Program-made: the position numbers and the translations under genes | The notes under the pieces: generated by a model | Database searches by the model: none | What the model was told of the DNA's origin: nothing | What the model saw: only the letters and a program-made list of their open reading frames with translations | Source of the DNA: an uncultured bacterium | GTDB lineage: Bacteria; Krumholzibacteriota; Krumholzibacteriia; LZORAL124-64-63 | Reading direction: 5' to 3' | NCBI GenBank assembly: GCA_903912525.1 | Contig: CAIWHK010000007.1 | Location: 22,563 to 86,562 of the forward strand | Length of the DNA stretch: 64,000 nt | Shown: in pieces, positions 9,333 to 19,736 of the stretch | How positions within the stretch are numbered: position 1 is the first letter of the stretch | How the letters are laid out: the number at the start of each line of letters is the position of its first letter

Positions 9333-11591
9333 CTACTTCTCGTCCATGATCTCAATGCGCCCGCGCCCCTCGGCCAGGTCGGCCGCCCGGCGGATCATCC
9401 GCGCCAGGTCCTGCACGGCCTGCTCGCGTGGCAGTTCGGCGGCCAGCCTGTCGGCCAGCGGCACCAGCGACGAGACGCGGCTTTCCTTCGCCCAGTAGCT
9501 GCCGCGCAGGATCTCGGCGAACTCGGCGGCCAGCACCTGCGCGCGGCGGTGGGCCGAGCCGCCGCCGTCCCGTGCCGCGAACATTGCGGCGTCGATCGGG
9601 CGCTCGATCTCGGTCACCTTGCCGGCGTGCGCCGTGTCGTGCTCGGGCGCCTCCCAGCGCAGGCGCACGACGCCGACGCGGCCCTCATTGGACTCGCTGT
9701 CGCGCCCGCCGTCCACCAGCTTCAACTCGTACAGCGCGGTGACCTGGTGCCCGGCGCCGACCTCGCCCGCGTCGACGGCGTCGTTGCGGAAGTCGCGGTC
9801 GGCCACGTCGCGGTTCTCGTAGCCCAACAGGCGCCAGCGGGACACACGCTTCGGGTCGAACTCGACCTGCACCTTGGCCTGGCGGGCGATGGTCTGCAGC
9901 ATCCCGGTCAGGTTCTCGCGGAACACGCGCTCGGCCTCGCGCGGGCCGTCCACGTAGAAGTAGTTGCCGTCGCCCTGGTCGGCCAGCTTTTCCATCAGCA
10001 CGTCGTTGTAGTTGCCCATGCCGAAGCCGACGGCCGACAGGGTGATCCCGTCGTCCGAGCCGCGGCGCGCCAGTTCGAGGATGCCCCCGGCGTCGGTGGC
10101 AGAACCGGTGTTGGCCACGCCGTCCGAGCACAGGACCAGCCGGTTGATGAGTCCGGCGTCGAAGCCGCGACGCGCCACCCCGTAGCCCAGGCGCAGGCCG
10201 TCGGCCACGTTGGTGCTGCCGTCGGTGTGCAGCCCCTGGATGATGCCGAGGATCTCGCCGCGCCGCGAGACGTCCGTCAGCGGCAGCCGCACCTCGGCCT
10301 GCGACCCGTAGGTGACGATGCCGACGCGGTCGCCCTCGCCCAGTTCGTCGACCATGGTGCGCAGCGCGCGCTTGACCGACTCCAGGCGGTTTTCGCGGCC
10401 CATCGAACCCGAGGTGTCGATCACGAAGACCAGGTTGGCGGCCTTGCGGCGCGCATTGTCCACGCTGCGCCCGACGACGCCCACTCGCAGCAGGTGGTAG
10501 CCCTCGCCGAAGCGCGACGGCCCGCCGTCCAGGCCGATGCGGAAGGTCTCCTTCTGCACGTTGTCCCAGCCGGCGTCGATCGCGTTGACGAACTCCTCGA
10601 CGCGGATGGCGGCCGCGGGCGGCAGTTCGCCGCGATCGAGGTAGCTGCGGGCCAGCGAGAACGACGCGTTGTCCACGTCCATCGCGAAGGTCGACAGCGC
10701 GTCATCCTCGGTCGCGATGAACGGGTTCACGCCGGCGTGCTCGAAGTACATCGACTCGTACTTCTCGCCGTTCGGGGGCGTGGTGCCGCCGGTGATCGAG
10801 CCGGGCGCCGACGGCGACGCCAGGCGTAGTCCGCCGAGAGTCACATCGCGGGCCGGCGTGCTGCTGCCGGGCGGCGCTTCCAGCGAGGCGGACGTCGCTG
10901 CCGCCAGCGCCGAATTGACTTCCTGCACCGTCATCGAGGCCTTGTCCGCCGCGCCCCGGGCCGATTGCTTCGCAATGGCGTCATTGACCGAATCGATGGC
11001 GTACTTGTCGAACGTCTGGGAGACCACTCCAGTGGACATGTCATCAGGCACAGGCTGCGGGACGCCCCCGCCGGTTACGGCGCTCTTGACATCGACCATG
11101 TACTCTTCGCTGGTGACCTCGACCGGCTCGAGGCTGGCCACGACCGACGATCCTGAGCCCAGATCGCGGGCCGACGCTGCGGCGCCTTCGGTCACGGCCT
11201 GGCGTTCATCCGCTTTCTTTTCGACACGGGGAGCCGCCGCGACCTTTGGGGCATCCTTCCCCGCCGGGGGCGCCGCGCGCCGACCGGCATCCGACGCGAT
11301 CGGAGGCGTCTGTTGGGTCGCCGTCGGCGGGACCCCCAACTCCGTGTACCGCACGGTGCCCTGCCGCTGCGTCCCGGGCGCCGGCGCCCGCCCGTCCTGC
11401 CACCAGACCACCGACACGACGGCCACGGCCAGGACGGCGACCGTCGCCAGCGCCGGCGGCCACACACGGAGGCCACGGCGACGCGACCCGCCGCCCTCGG
11501 TCCCGTTCAACTCGCGACGCACCGCGTACCACAGGTTGCCGGCCTCGTGTTCCGTCAGCCGGTAGCGATCGTTCTTCAGGTAGCGCTTCAT
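9333..11591 (-). CDS. Membrane-anchored vWA-domain protein (YfbK-like), coupled to an ECF sigma
   Basis: LSTFAMDVDNAS, IRVEEFVN, FVIDTSGSM (MIDAS), WRLLGYENR, DAGEVGAGHQVTALYE; ATGA overlap with the sigma gene. Confidence 0.88.
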   Translation of the reverse strand: MKRYLKNDRYRLTEHEAGNLWYAVRRELNGTEGGGSRRRGLRVWPPALATVAVLAVAVVSVVWWQDGRAPAPGTQRQGTVRYTELGVPPTATQQTPPIASDAGRRAAPPAGKDAPKVAAAPRVEKKADERQAVTEGAAASARDLGSGSSVVASLEPVEVTSEEYMVDVKSAVTGGGVPQPVPDDMSTGVVSQTFDKYAIDSVNDAIAKQSARGAADKASMTVQEVNSALAAATSASLEAPPGSSTPARDVTLGGLRLASPSAPGSITGGTTPPNGEKYESMYFEHAGVNPFIATEDDALSTFAMDVDNASFSLARSYLDRGELPPAAAIRVEEFVNAIDAGWDNVQKETFRIGLDGGPSRFGEGYHLLRVGVVGRSVDNARRKAANLVFVIDTSGSMGRENRLESVKRALRTMVDELGEGDRVGIVTYGSQAEVRLPLTDVSRRGEILGIIQGLHTDGSTNVADGLRLGYGVARRGFDAGLINRLVLCSDGVANTGSATDAGGILELARRGSDDGITLSAVGFGMGNYNDVLMEKLADQGDGNYFYVDGPREAERVFRENLTGMLQTIARQAKVQVEFDPKRVSRWRLLGYENRDVADRDFRNDAVDAGEVGAGHQVTALYELKLVDGGRDSESNEGRVGVVRLRWEAPEHDTAHAGKVTEIERPIDAAMFAARDGGGSAHRRAQVLAAEFAEILRGSYWAKESRVSSLVPLADRLAAELPREQAVQDLARMIRRAADLAEGRGRIEIMDEK

Positions 11592-12217
11592 GACTGTTCC
11601 CCTCCCGGCAGCTCGCTGAACACCAGGTCGTCGCCGTCGCGCAGCCAAAGGCGCAGCTTCCGGCAAGCCCGGTGATGATGGACCCTCGCGGTGGGCTCGC
11701 CGCAGTCCAGGACCGCGGCGATCTCGGCGAAGGAGGCGTCCTCCAGTTCACGCAGCAGCAGCGCGGCGCGCTGGTGCGGCGACAGGCGGTTCAGCGCCGC
11801 CTGGAAGCCGTCCCCCAGGGCGGGGAACACCGCTTCGGAACCGGAAGACGTGAGGGCGGTGCGCTCGAGGGCCAGCGCGGCGACCTTGCGGACGCCGAGC
11901 TTCACGCGCCGTCGCCAGTCCAGGCTCTTGCGCAGGCCCACCGACCGCAGCCAGCTGAGCAGCGTGCCCTGCCCGCGGTACGTGTCCAGGCGCCCGAGCG
12001 CCGTCACGTACGTCTCCTGCACGAGGTCGCGCGCGGCCTCGCGGTCGCCGGTCTGGTAGACCAGGAAGTTGAACAGCGGCTGGCAGGTGGCGTCGTACAG
12101 GCGGCGCCAGGCCTCCTCGTCGCCCAGGGCGGCGGCGCGGGCCAGGTCCAGGTCCTGTTGGGGGGCGCGCTCGGGTGGTGACGCGCCCGACGGGTCTTGC
12201 TGATCCAGTTTGCCCAT
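11588..12217 (-). CDS. ECF RNA polymerase sigma factor
   Basis: GDEEAWRRLY..ARDLVQETY..SWL, LSPHQRAALLLRELE..FAEIAAVL; GAGGAGG RBS before ATG 12217. Confidence 0.9.
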   Translation of the reverse strand: MGKLDQQDPSGASPPERAPQQDLDLARAAALGDEEAWRRLYDATCQPLFNFLVYQTGDREAARDLVQETYVTALGRLDTYRGQGTLLSWLRSVGLRKSLDWRRRVKLGVRKVAALALERTALTSSGSEAVFPALGDGFQAALNRLSPHQRAALLLRELEDASFAEIAAVLDCGEPTARVHHHRACRKLRLWLRDGDDLVFSELPGGEQS

Positions 12218-12510
12218 GAGCATCCTCCTCGCTCTGGACCACAAGACGAACGCCGGGAGGGGTTCGTTTACCTGCGGTCGCCGAATGAGCAAGGCGCCGG
12301 GGTGGCGTGCATGAGTGTCGGGTCCCGGGCGTGGGTCGTCAAATGGGTTCGCGGGTCTGCCGGCCGAGCGCCGCAGGGCTGCGATGGCCCGGCACGCGGA
12401 CGGACTGGGCGCGGAAGCGGCTTGAATCAGCCGACGACGGGGTTTAAGCTGGGGAAACACCGCCCTGAGGGAAGCCGAACATCGCCCCACAACAGTCCGG
12501 GGAAGAGATC

Positions 12511-13410
12511 ATGCCGCGTCGCCGCCTGTCCGCCATCGCCCTGCTTGCCGCCACCGCCCTCGCGGCGCTGTTGCTGGCCGGGTGTGACGGCTCCACGAGC
12601 CCCTCCGACGAGACGCCGCGCCCCTCGCTGGCGAACATCTGGCCGCACCAGGACGGCACCGGCTGGCGATACACGATCACCTTCGAGCAGTACGCCGCGC
12701 TGCCCCTGGCAGCGACGCCACCTTCGCTGCCGTCATTCGAGGAACTGCACGCCGCCCTCGAGGCGGCCGTCCCCGCCGACATGCTCGAGACGGACACGGG
12801 CGCCTACAGCCTCACCTTTGTCGGTGACACCACGACCGATTCCGGCGTCACGGCGCAGAACCTGGTCGGCGTGATCACGCCCGGCAGCGGCAAGGCCAGG
12901 CGTGTGGCGACAGGTCGCGAACAGCTGCAGCGCGTACTGGCGGATAAATCCCTCGCCGATGCGACCGACCCCGCGTTCCTCGGCACCATGCCCTTCGCCT
13001 ACGAGGACAGCGGCTACTACGGCTATGGCGACCTCCATCGCGAGCACTCGTGGATCCTGCTCGAGGGCGACCTCAGCGTGGGCAGCGAGTTCTCGATGCT
13101 GCTGGTGCCGATGCTGGCGGAGGACATCTGGCTCTACGGGCGCATCTGGTCGGTCCGCGACCGCTTCATCAGCGGCCGGCGCTGGGAGAACGTCGTCGAG
13201 TGCATGTACGTCGTGGACCTGGGCACGCAATCGGTCACCGACGACAACGGCAACCTGCTGGGCTACTCGCGCGGCTACTGGTACGGCACCGTGCTGTACG
13301 TCCCGACCGTGGGACCGATCGCCTGCGACGAGCGCCATGTCTGGGGCCCGTCGAACTCGATCATGGGCGCCCAGCCCGGCGGCGTGAACGTGTACCGGAT
13401 CCGCCGGTAA
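12511..13410 (+). CDS. Hypothetical lipoprotein
   Basis: Signal peptide with LLAGC lipobox; GC3-biased codons. Confidence 0.75.
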   Translation: MPRRRLSAIALLAATALAALLLAGCDGSTSPSDETPRPSLANIWPHQDGTGWRYTITFEQYAALPLAATPPSLPSFEELHAALEAAVPADMLETDTGAYSLTFVGDTTTDSGVTAQNLVGVITPGSGKARRVATGREQLQRVLADKSLADATDPAFLGTMPFAYEDSGYYGYGDLHREHSWILLEGDLSVGSEFSMLLVPMLAEDIWLYGRIWSVRDRFISGRRWENVVECMYVVDLGTQSVTDDNGNLLGYSRGYWYGTVLYVPTVGPIACDERHVWGPSNSIMGAQPGGVNVYRIRR

Positions 13411-13418
13411 CGGCGGGC

Positions 13419-14480
13419 TCAGGCGCCGGCATCCCACTGCGCGACGACGCGATCGAGCAGCGCGCCGGCATTCGTCTCCCCCATGCCGCCGTCGCCGAGC
13501 GGGTCGTCCTGCGCATCGCGCCCGGCCAGCGCCCGCGCCAGGTTGGCCACGCCCACGGCCAGCACCTCGGTGTCGTAGCCACCCTCGAGCATCACCGCGA
13601 TGCGGCCGCCGCAAAGCTCGTCGGCCGCCTGCACCAGCTGCCGACAAGCCCACGCATAGCCCGCCAGCGAGTACTGCAATTGCGCCAGCGGATCGCGCCA
13701 GTGCGCATCCCAACCCCCTGAAACCAGCAACAGGTCGGGCCTGAACCGGCGCAACTGCGGCAGCACGATGCGCGCGAAGGCCGCCTTGAGCGCCGCATCG
13801 CCGGCGCCGGGCGGCAGCGGGATGTTCACGTTCGCGCCGACGCCGGCGCCCTCGCCCGTCGCGTCGAACCAGCCGGTGCCCGGCCACAGCGGGTACTGGT
13901 GCAGCGAGATGAACAGCACCGACGGGTCGGCGATGAAGATGTCCTGCGTGCCGTTGCCGTGGTGCACGTCGAAGTCGACGATCGCGATGCGCGGAGTTGC
14001 GCCGGCGCAAGTGCCGGTGCCCACGCCCGCCGCCTGCGCCGCCCGCGCGGCGATGGCGATGTTGTTGAAGACGCAGAAGCCCATCGTGCGCGACGGCGTC
14101 GCGTGGTGCCCGGGCGGCCGCACCAGCGCCAGGCCGCGGTCGCACGTGCCGCGCATGATCGCGGTCGCGAGGTCCGCCGCGGCGCCGGCCGCGCACAACG
14201 ACGCCCGCCACGTGTGCTCGTTCGCATAGGTGTCCTCGTCGAGCATGACCGGCGTGTCGGCGACCAGCCGCGCGACCGTGTCGATGTGTGCGGCCTCGTG
14301 CGCGAGCAGCAGTTCGTCGCGCGTCGCCTCGCGCACGGACAGCGGCGTGAACTCGGCCAGCAGCGATGTGCGTTCGAGCTCGCGCCGGACCTCGACCAGG
14401 CGCTCGGGGCGCTCGGGGTGGCCGGGCTTGGCGTGGTCGAGGAACAGGGGGGAAGCCGCTAGGGCAAGGCGGGCGGTCAC
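13419..14480 (-). CDS. Histone deacetylase family protein (start uncertain, 14480 or 14528)
   Basis: GHPERPERL, RPPGHHA, GFCVFNN, DFDVHHGNGTQ, LEGGY. Confidence 0.92.
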   Translation of the reverse strand: MTARLALAASPLFLDHAKPGHPERPERLVEVRRELERTSLLAEFTPLSVREATRDELLLAHEAAHIDTVARLVADTPVMLDEDTYANEHTWRASLCAAGAAADLATAIMRGTCDRGLALVRPPGHHATPSRTMGFCVFNNIAIAARAAQAAGVGTGTCAGATPRIAIVDFDVHHGNGTQDIFIADPSVLFISLHQYPLWPGTGWFDATGEGAGVGANVNIPLPPGAGDAALKAAFARIVLPQLRRFRPDLLLVSGGWDAHWRDPLAQLQYSLAGYAWACRQLVQAADELCGGRIAVMLEGGYDTEVLAVGVANLARALAGRDAQDDPLGDGGMGETNAGALLDRVVAQWDAGA

Positions 14481-14651
14481 GGGAACCTCGCTTCCATGGT
14501 CGCTTCGGGTGAGGGTCCGAGCACGCATGGTTGCGAGGATCCAGGGCGGTGTCAATCCCCTGGGCAAAACGACAGGGACCCGAGCCACGGCCCGGGTCCC
14601 CATTTCCGATCCCGACTTGCGCCGGCGCAACTCCGCGAAGGGCCTGACCGC

Positions 14652-15545
14652 TTAGCCCTCCGCCTCCTGGGCCCCGGGCGCCGCCTCGGCAGCCGGGTTC
14701 AGGCGTGCGTGCACGGCCTGCACGGTGGCCCAGGCGCAGCGGGTCAGCGTCGGGCGGCCGATGAGTGCGCGGCGGATCTCGTCGAGGATGGCCGGGCCGA
14801 GGTCGGCCGCGGTGCGGAAGGCGCCACCGACAAAGAACGGGCGACGGCCGTTGCCGTCGGGCCAGTGCACGCCGATGGTGCCACCGTAGACGTTGTGCGA
14901 GCCGGACAGGTGCTTCAGCTGCATCGAGAACATGCGGTCGGGCTCGACCAGGACGTGCGCGATGCCGGTCAGGGCCAGCGCCAGTGCATCGACATGCAGG
15001 ACATGGCCGCCGGTCTGGTCGACACTGACGTAGACGACGGGCAGGCGACAGCCCGCCTCGCCGGTGACGCAGCGCACGGCGAGCTCCATGTCCAGGTCGG
15101 ACAGGCGCACGGGCGTCGAGCGCACGGCCAGGGCGCCGTCCATCGCGCCGCCAAGCTCTTCGATCAGGGTATGGACGATGACCGGCTTCTTGACGGCCGG
15201 CACCGGCACGCCGGGGCCGCGCGCGTCGGCCGAGACGCGCACCGAAATCCAGGCATCGTCAGCCTGCCGCGAGTAGACCAGCGTGGTGGCCCACTTGAGC
15301 AGGCCTTCCTGGCGCGCGAAGCCGACGGCGACCGATTCGTCCTCTGGCAGGTTGACGCGAAGCACGCGCACCAGTTCATCGCCTTCGCCGGCAGTGAACA
15401 TATTCGCGGTTTCGAAGTCGGCCAGCGACTCGGCGGTCAGCGCAGTCTCGGGCGTCGAGAGAATCCACTCCCGGACGACACGTAGGAATTCAGACGGATC
15501 GGCGCCATGGTCGATCGGGAATTCCGTAGCGAACAGCAGCATCAT
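14652..15545 (-). CDS. Hypothetical protein
   Basis: Open frame MMLLFATEFPID.. with coding-like codon bias; AT-rich upstream region. Confidence 0.7.
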   Translation of the reverse strand: MMLLFATEFPIDHGADPSEFLRVVREWILSTPETALTAESLADFETANMFTAGEGDELVRVLRVNLPEDESVAVGFARQEGLLKWATTLVYSRQADDAWISVRVSADARGPGVPVPAVKKPVIVHTLIEELGGAMDGALAVRSTPVRLSDLDMELAVRCVTGEAGCRLPVVYVSVDQTGGHVLHVDALALALTGIAHVLVEPDRMFSMQLKHLSGSHNVYGGTIGVHWPDGNGRRPFFVGGAFRTAADLGPAILDEIRRALIGRPTLTRCAWATVQAVHARLNPAAEAAPGAQEAEG

Positions 15546-16094
15546 TGTACTTCCTGCGTCATTTGGGCGATGACTACTGGAGCAATTATAATATAAACGT
15601 AAATGAAAAAGAAAGCACGCTGTTCCGTCTGGCGGAACCTGCAACGGTAAGTTGTTAAATTTGCGCAAGTTGTCGGGTCAAAAAATATGACACAGGGTCT
15701 GCTGGAGGCGGCAGGGCGAGCGGAGGAATCTCATTTTAAGTCAAATGCCGCAAATCCGCGAAAACGGGTGATTTAGTGACAATCGGGGGCTTGCCAGGAT
15801 CTTCGCCAGACAAAAGCTCTTTGCCCCCATGAACTTCACTCCAATGTACCGGCACGACCCCAAGGGCGGTCGGCCTCGTCGAGGTGTCGGCACCTGCCTG
15901 CAGGAGATGGAAATGGACTCGCTCCCCCTGTAGCGGGATAATGCCTGAAATGAATGCGGGGATGCCGGGGCGGGTGGCGCATGGGATGCCGCGCCCGGGG
16001 GCCGACCGTCGGAATCCGGTGCCGCCAGACCAACCCTCCCGCACGCCGCCGCCACCAACGGCGCCGGCAACCAGCTCGCCGATCAGGACAAGCC

Positions 16095-17585
16095 ATGACC
16101 CACCCCACCATCTCCAAGTCCAAGTTCCTCTCCGGCATCCAGTGCCCGCTCCTGCTCTGGACGCAGTACAACGACCGCGGCATCATCCCGCCCACCAACG
16201 CCGGCACGCAGTACATCTTCGACATGGGGCACAGCGTCGGCGACCTGGCCAAGCAGCTGTGGCCCAATGGCGTCGAGGTGCCGGCCGGCGGCGCCGACCG
16301 GCCCGATCTTGACGCGACCGTTGCGACGACGCGCGAGTACCTGAAGAAGCGCAAGCCGATCTTCGAGGCCAGCTTCGTGAGTGACGAGCCCGGTGGCCGC
16401 CGCTATGTGCGCGCCGACGTCATGCTGCCGGTGCTGGGCGAAGACCGCTGGGACCTGGTCGAGGTGAAGTCGTCGACGCGCACGAAAGATGTGAACATCT
16501 GGGACGTCGCGTTCCAGGCGGGGGCGATCGAGGGCGCGGGCGTGAAGCTGCGCCGATTGTCCCTGATGCACATCAACACGAGTTATGTGCGCCACGGGCC
16601 GATCGAGCCCGCGCGCCTGTTCGCGACCGACGACATCACCGATCTGGCGCGCAACCGCATGCGCGACGTGCCGCGCATGTTCGCGGAGTATGCGGCGACG
16701 ATCGACGGGCCGAAGCCCGTGGTGCCCATCGGCGCGCACTGCGTCAGCCCCTACACCTGCGCCATGAAGGACGTCTGCTGGAACCACCTGCCCGAGCACC
16801 ACGTCACGACGATGGTGCGCGCCGGCAAGAAGGCGTTCGACTGGGTCGAGCGCGGCATCCACGACGTGGCCGACATTCCCAACCGCGACCTGGCGGGCTC
16901 GCAACGCGTGCAGAAGGATGCCGTCAAGAGCGGTCGGGCGGTCATCGACCAGAAGGCCATCCACGCCCTGCTCGACAGCCTGGAGTACCCGCTCTGGCAC
17001 CTCGACTTCGAGTCGGTCAACCCGGCGGTGCCGCTGTTCAACGGCACGCGCCCGTTCCAGCAAGTGCCCTTCCAGTTCTCGCTGCACGTCGAGGAGGCGC
17101 CCGGCGCCGAACCGGAGCACATCGAGTTCCTGTCCGTCGACAGCAACGACCCGCGGCCCGCGCTGCTCGAGGCGCTGAGTCAGATCGGCCCCTACGGCAC
17201 CGTGCTGGCGTTCAACGCGACGTTCGAGTCGCAGGTGCTCGCCACGCTCGGCATGACGTTCCCCGAGTGGAAGCCGATGACCGACGACCTGGGCGCGCGC
17301 CTGCGCGACCTGGCCGACCCGTTCCGGACGTTCTCCGTCTACCACCCCGGGCAGAAGGGCAGCTACTCGTTGAAGTCGGTGTTGCCGGCGCTGACCGGGG
17401 CCGGGTACGAGGGGCTGGCGATCGCGGACGGGCAGGCGGCCGGGCGGCAGTGGCTGCAGGCAGTCTACAAACCGGGACTGCCGGAGAGCGATCGCGAGGG
17501 GATCTTCGAGGGATTGCGGGCGTACTGCGGCAAGGACACCGGGGCGATGGTCGAGATCCTCGAGGTGCTGCGCGGGATGATCTAG
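16095..17585 (+). CDS. DUF2779-domain protein (RecB-like nuclease N-term + RNase H-like C-term)
   Basis: ISKSKFLSGIQCP, LVEVKSS, HLDFES..PFQQVPFQFSLH, GSYSLKSVLPAL, YCGKDT. Confidence 0.85.
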   Translation: MTHPTISKSKFLSGIQCPLLLWTQYNDRGIIPPTNAGTQYIFDMGHSVGDLAKQLWPNGVEVPAGGADRPDLDATVATTREYLKKRKPIFEASFVSDEPGGRRYVRADVMLPVLGEDRWDLVEVKSSTRTKDVNIWDVAFQAGAIEGAGVKLRRLSLMHINTSYVRHGPIEPARLFATDDITDLARNRMRDVPRMFAEYAATIDGPKPVVPIGAHCVSPYTCAMKDVCWNHLPEHHVTTMVRAGKKAFDWVERGIHDVADIPNRDLAGSQRVQKDAVKSGRAVIDQKAIHALLDSLEYPLWHLDFESVNPAVPLFNGTRPFQQVPFQFSLHVEEAPGAEPEHIEFLSVDSNDPRPALLEALSQIGPYGTVLAFNATFESQVLATLGMTFPEWKPMTDDLGARLRDLADPFRTFSVYHPGQKGSYSLKSVLPALTGAGYEGLAIADGQAAGRQWLQAVYKPGLPESDREGIFEGLRAYCGKDTGAMVEILEVLRGMI

Positions 17586-17714
17586 CGGGGCGCCGGCAGT
17601 TGCGCCGGCGCAAGTGCAGCCTCATCAGTGGCAGGCCGGTTGACCGTCGATGCCGGTGCGTGCCAGAATGCCGTCGCCATTGCTTGCCACGTCTGCCTGC
17701 CGTGAGGGGCGCCC

Positions 17715-18815
17715 ATGATTCGCAATCGACTGTCCGCTTCAGCTGTCGCGACATTCGTCCCGGCGCTGCTCCTGGCGCTGACCTCGCTGTCCGCCAACGC
17801 CCAGGACCCGCCGGTCGATCCGGTGCAGGCGACGATCGACAAGCGCTTCGAGGCGCTGGACCACCGCCTCGACACGCTCGAGAAGGCTGTCGACGACGTC
17901 ATGTGGTACAACAAGGTCGGGGATGTCGCCGAGATCGACAAGGTCTTCATCACTGGCCCACCGCGCGCGCATGTCGACAATCCCACGGCAATGGGCGCCA
18001 ACAACCCGGTCAAGTTCTGGGCGTACACGTTTGTGCCGAGGAACCTCGACCGCTCGAAGAAGTACCCGCTGATCGTGCTGCCGCACGGCGGCGTCCACGC
18101 GAACTTCACGACGTACCATACGCACATCATCCGCGAGATGATGGCGCAGGGGTACATCGTCGTGGCTCCCGAATACCGGGGCAGCACCGGCTACGGCAAG
18201 GCCTTCTACGAAACCATCGACTACGGCGGGCTGGAGATCGACGACAACCACGCCGCCCGCGACTACATGGTCGCAAACCTCGATTACATCGACCCGGCGC
18301 GCGTCGGGGTCGTGGGCTGGAGCCACGGCGGCCTGATCGCGCTGATGGATATCTTCGCGCACCCGAACGACTATGCCGCCGCGTTCGCCGGCGTGCCGGT
18401 CAGCGACCTGGTGGCGCGCATGGGCTACTACGACGAGGAGTACCGCAAGGAATTCTCGGCGCCGTTCCACATCGGCAAGACGGCGAACGAGAATGTGGCC
18501 GAGTACCGCAAGCGGTCACCCGTGAACCACGTGAGGGAACTGGCCACGCCGCTGCTCATCCACACGAACACGAACGACGACGACGTCAATGTGCTGGAAG
18601 TGGAGCACCTCATCGAGGCGCTGAAGGCCGAAGGCAAGAAGTTCGAATATGAGATCTTCCAGGACATCCCGGGCGGCCACAGCTTCGACCGCATCGACAC
18701 CAGGCACGCGCGCGAGACGCGCGTGAAGATCTACAAATTCCTGGCTCGGTACCTGGACCCACCGAAGCCGGTCGACTCGGTGGCGGAGTTGGACCGGGCG
18801 GCGTATCGAAGGTAG
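17715..18815 (+). CDS. Secreted S9-family (prolyl oligopeptidase-like) peptidase
   Basis: PLIVLPHGG, YRGSTGYG, GWSHGG nucleophile, GGH; signal peptide. Confidence 0.9.
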   Translation: MIRNRLSASAVATFVPALLLALTSLSANAQDPPVDPVQATIDKRFEALDHRLDTLEKAVDDVMWYNKVGDVAEIDKVFITGPPRAHVDNPTAMGANNPVKFWAYTFVPRNLDRSKKYPLIVLPHGGVHANFTTYHTHIIREMMAQGYIVVAPEYRGSTGYGKAFYETIDYGGLEIDDNHAARDYMVANLDYIDPARVGVVGWSHGGLIALMDIFAHPNDYAAAFAGVPVSDLVARMGYYDEEYRKEFSAPFHIGKTANENVAEYRKRSPVNHVRELATPLLIHTNTNDDDVNVLEVEHLIEALKAEGKKFEYEIFQDIPGGHSFDRIDTRHARETRVKIYKFLARYLDPPKPVDSVAELDRAAYRR

Positions 18816-18865
18816 GGCGCCGCCGGCCTGGTCATCTCACCAGGAGTCATTTCACCAGGACCCGG

Positions 18866-19645
18866 CTATTTCACCAGCACGCCCTTGGTCGAGACCTGCA
18901 GGCCCGGGGCCGTCACCGCGAAGATGTAGGTGCCCGCCGGCATCGCCCGGCCTTCCTCATCCCGCCCATCCCAGTCGACCGCCAGGGGACCTGCCGCAGC
19001 CGGGGCGTCGTACACGACCGCCACGCGGGCGCCGCGCGCGTCGTACACGGACACCGTGGCCCGCCCGGCTTCCGGCAGCACGCACTTGACCTCGGTGCGG
19101 GGGTTGAACGGATTCGGCCACACCGACAGCGAAGCGTCGCGCGTGGGCACGTCGCCCGTGCCGCTCGACAACGGCCCCACCTGCACCTTGCCGGGCGGCA
19201 GGGTGACGGTGCTGAACCAGCTGCCGTCGGTCGTCGCCAGGTAGACCTCGACGGCGGTGATCGCGCTCATGCCGTTGGCCAGCGCCTTGAAATTCCAGTA
19301 GAACAGTTCGCCGGGGCCGTGGACCGAGAGGCCCGCCCCCATCAGCACCGCGTACCCGTGCCACTGGCCGGCGACAGGCGCCTCAAAGCCCTGGAACGTG
19401 TAGACCCCGCTGCTTGTGTAGAGGGTGCCCGAACCGCCGCCCAGGGACTGGACGATGGTCGGGTCGTAGGTGACCGTCACGTCGATGGTGCGGATCTCCA
19501 CCGGCTGGTCGAGCCGGATCGACAGGCGGCAGTTCTCGCCGACGGAAAGCGTCGTATCGGCAGGATCGAACCGCAGGCTGACCTGGGCGAACGCCGTCGT
19601 CGCCAGGCACATGCCCACCAGCACAAGAAGGATCCGTCGCATCAT
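18866..19645 (-). CDS. Secreted cohesin-like + FlgD-Ig domain protein
   Basis: Signal peptide, SLRFDP..VTYDPTIV beta-sandwich, WPNPFNP..WDGRDEEG..GTY C-terminal domain. Confidence 0.75.
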   Translation of the reverse strand: MMRRILLVLVGMCLATTAFAQVSLRFDPADTTLSVGENCRLSIRLDQPVEIRTIDVTVTYDPTIVQSLGGGSGTLYTSSGVYTFQGFEAPVAGQWHGYAVLMGAGLSVHGPGELFYWNFKALANGMSAITAVEVYLATTDGSWFSTVTLPPGKVQVGPLSSGTGDVPTRDASLSVWPNPFNPRTEVKCVLPEAGRATVSVYDARGARVAVVYDAPAAAGPLAVDWDGRDEEGRAMPAGTYIFAVTAPGLQVSTKGVLVK

Positions 19646-19736
19646 TTCAGCCTCTTTCGCCAAATATCGGGGGCGTTTGGGGCGGGCCACCAAGGACGTC
19701 GTCCTCGGCCGACCCGCCCCACCGACTGCGAACAGT

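Noticed and set aside
18831-18879. Three short imperfect repeats (GTCATYTCACCAGGA-like) echoing the end of the 18866 gene
   Set aside because: Too short to assign a function; probably local slippage.
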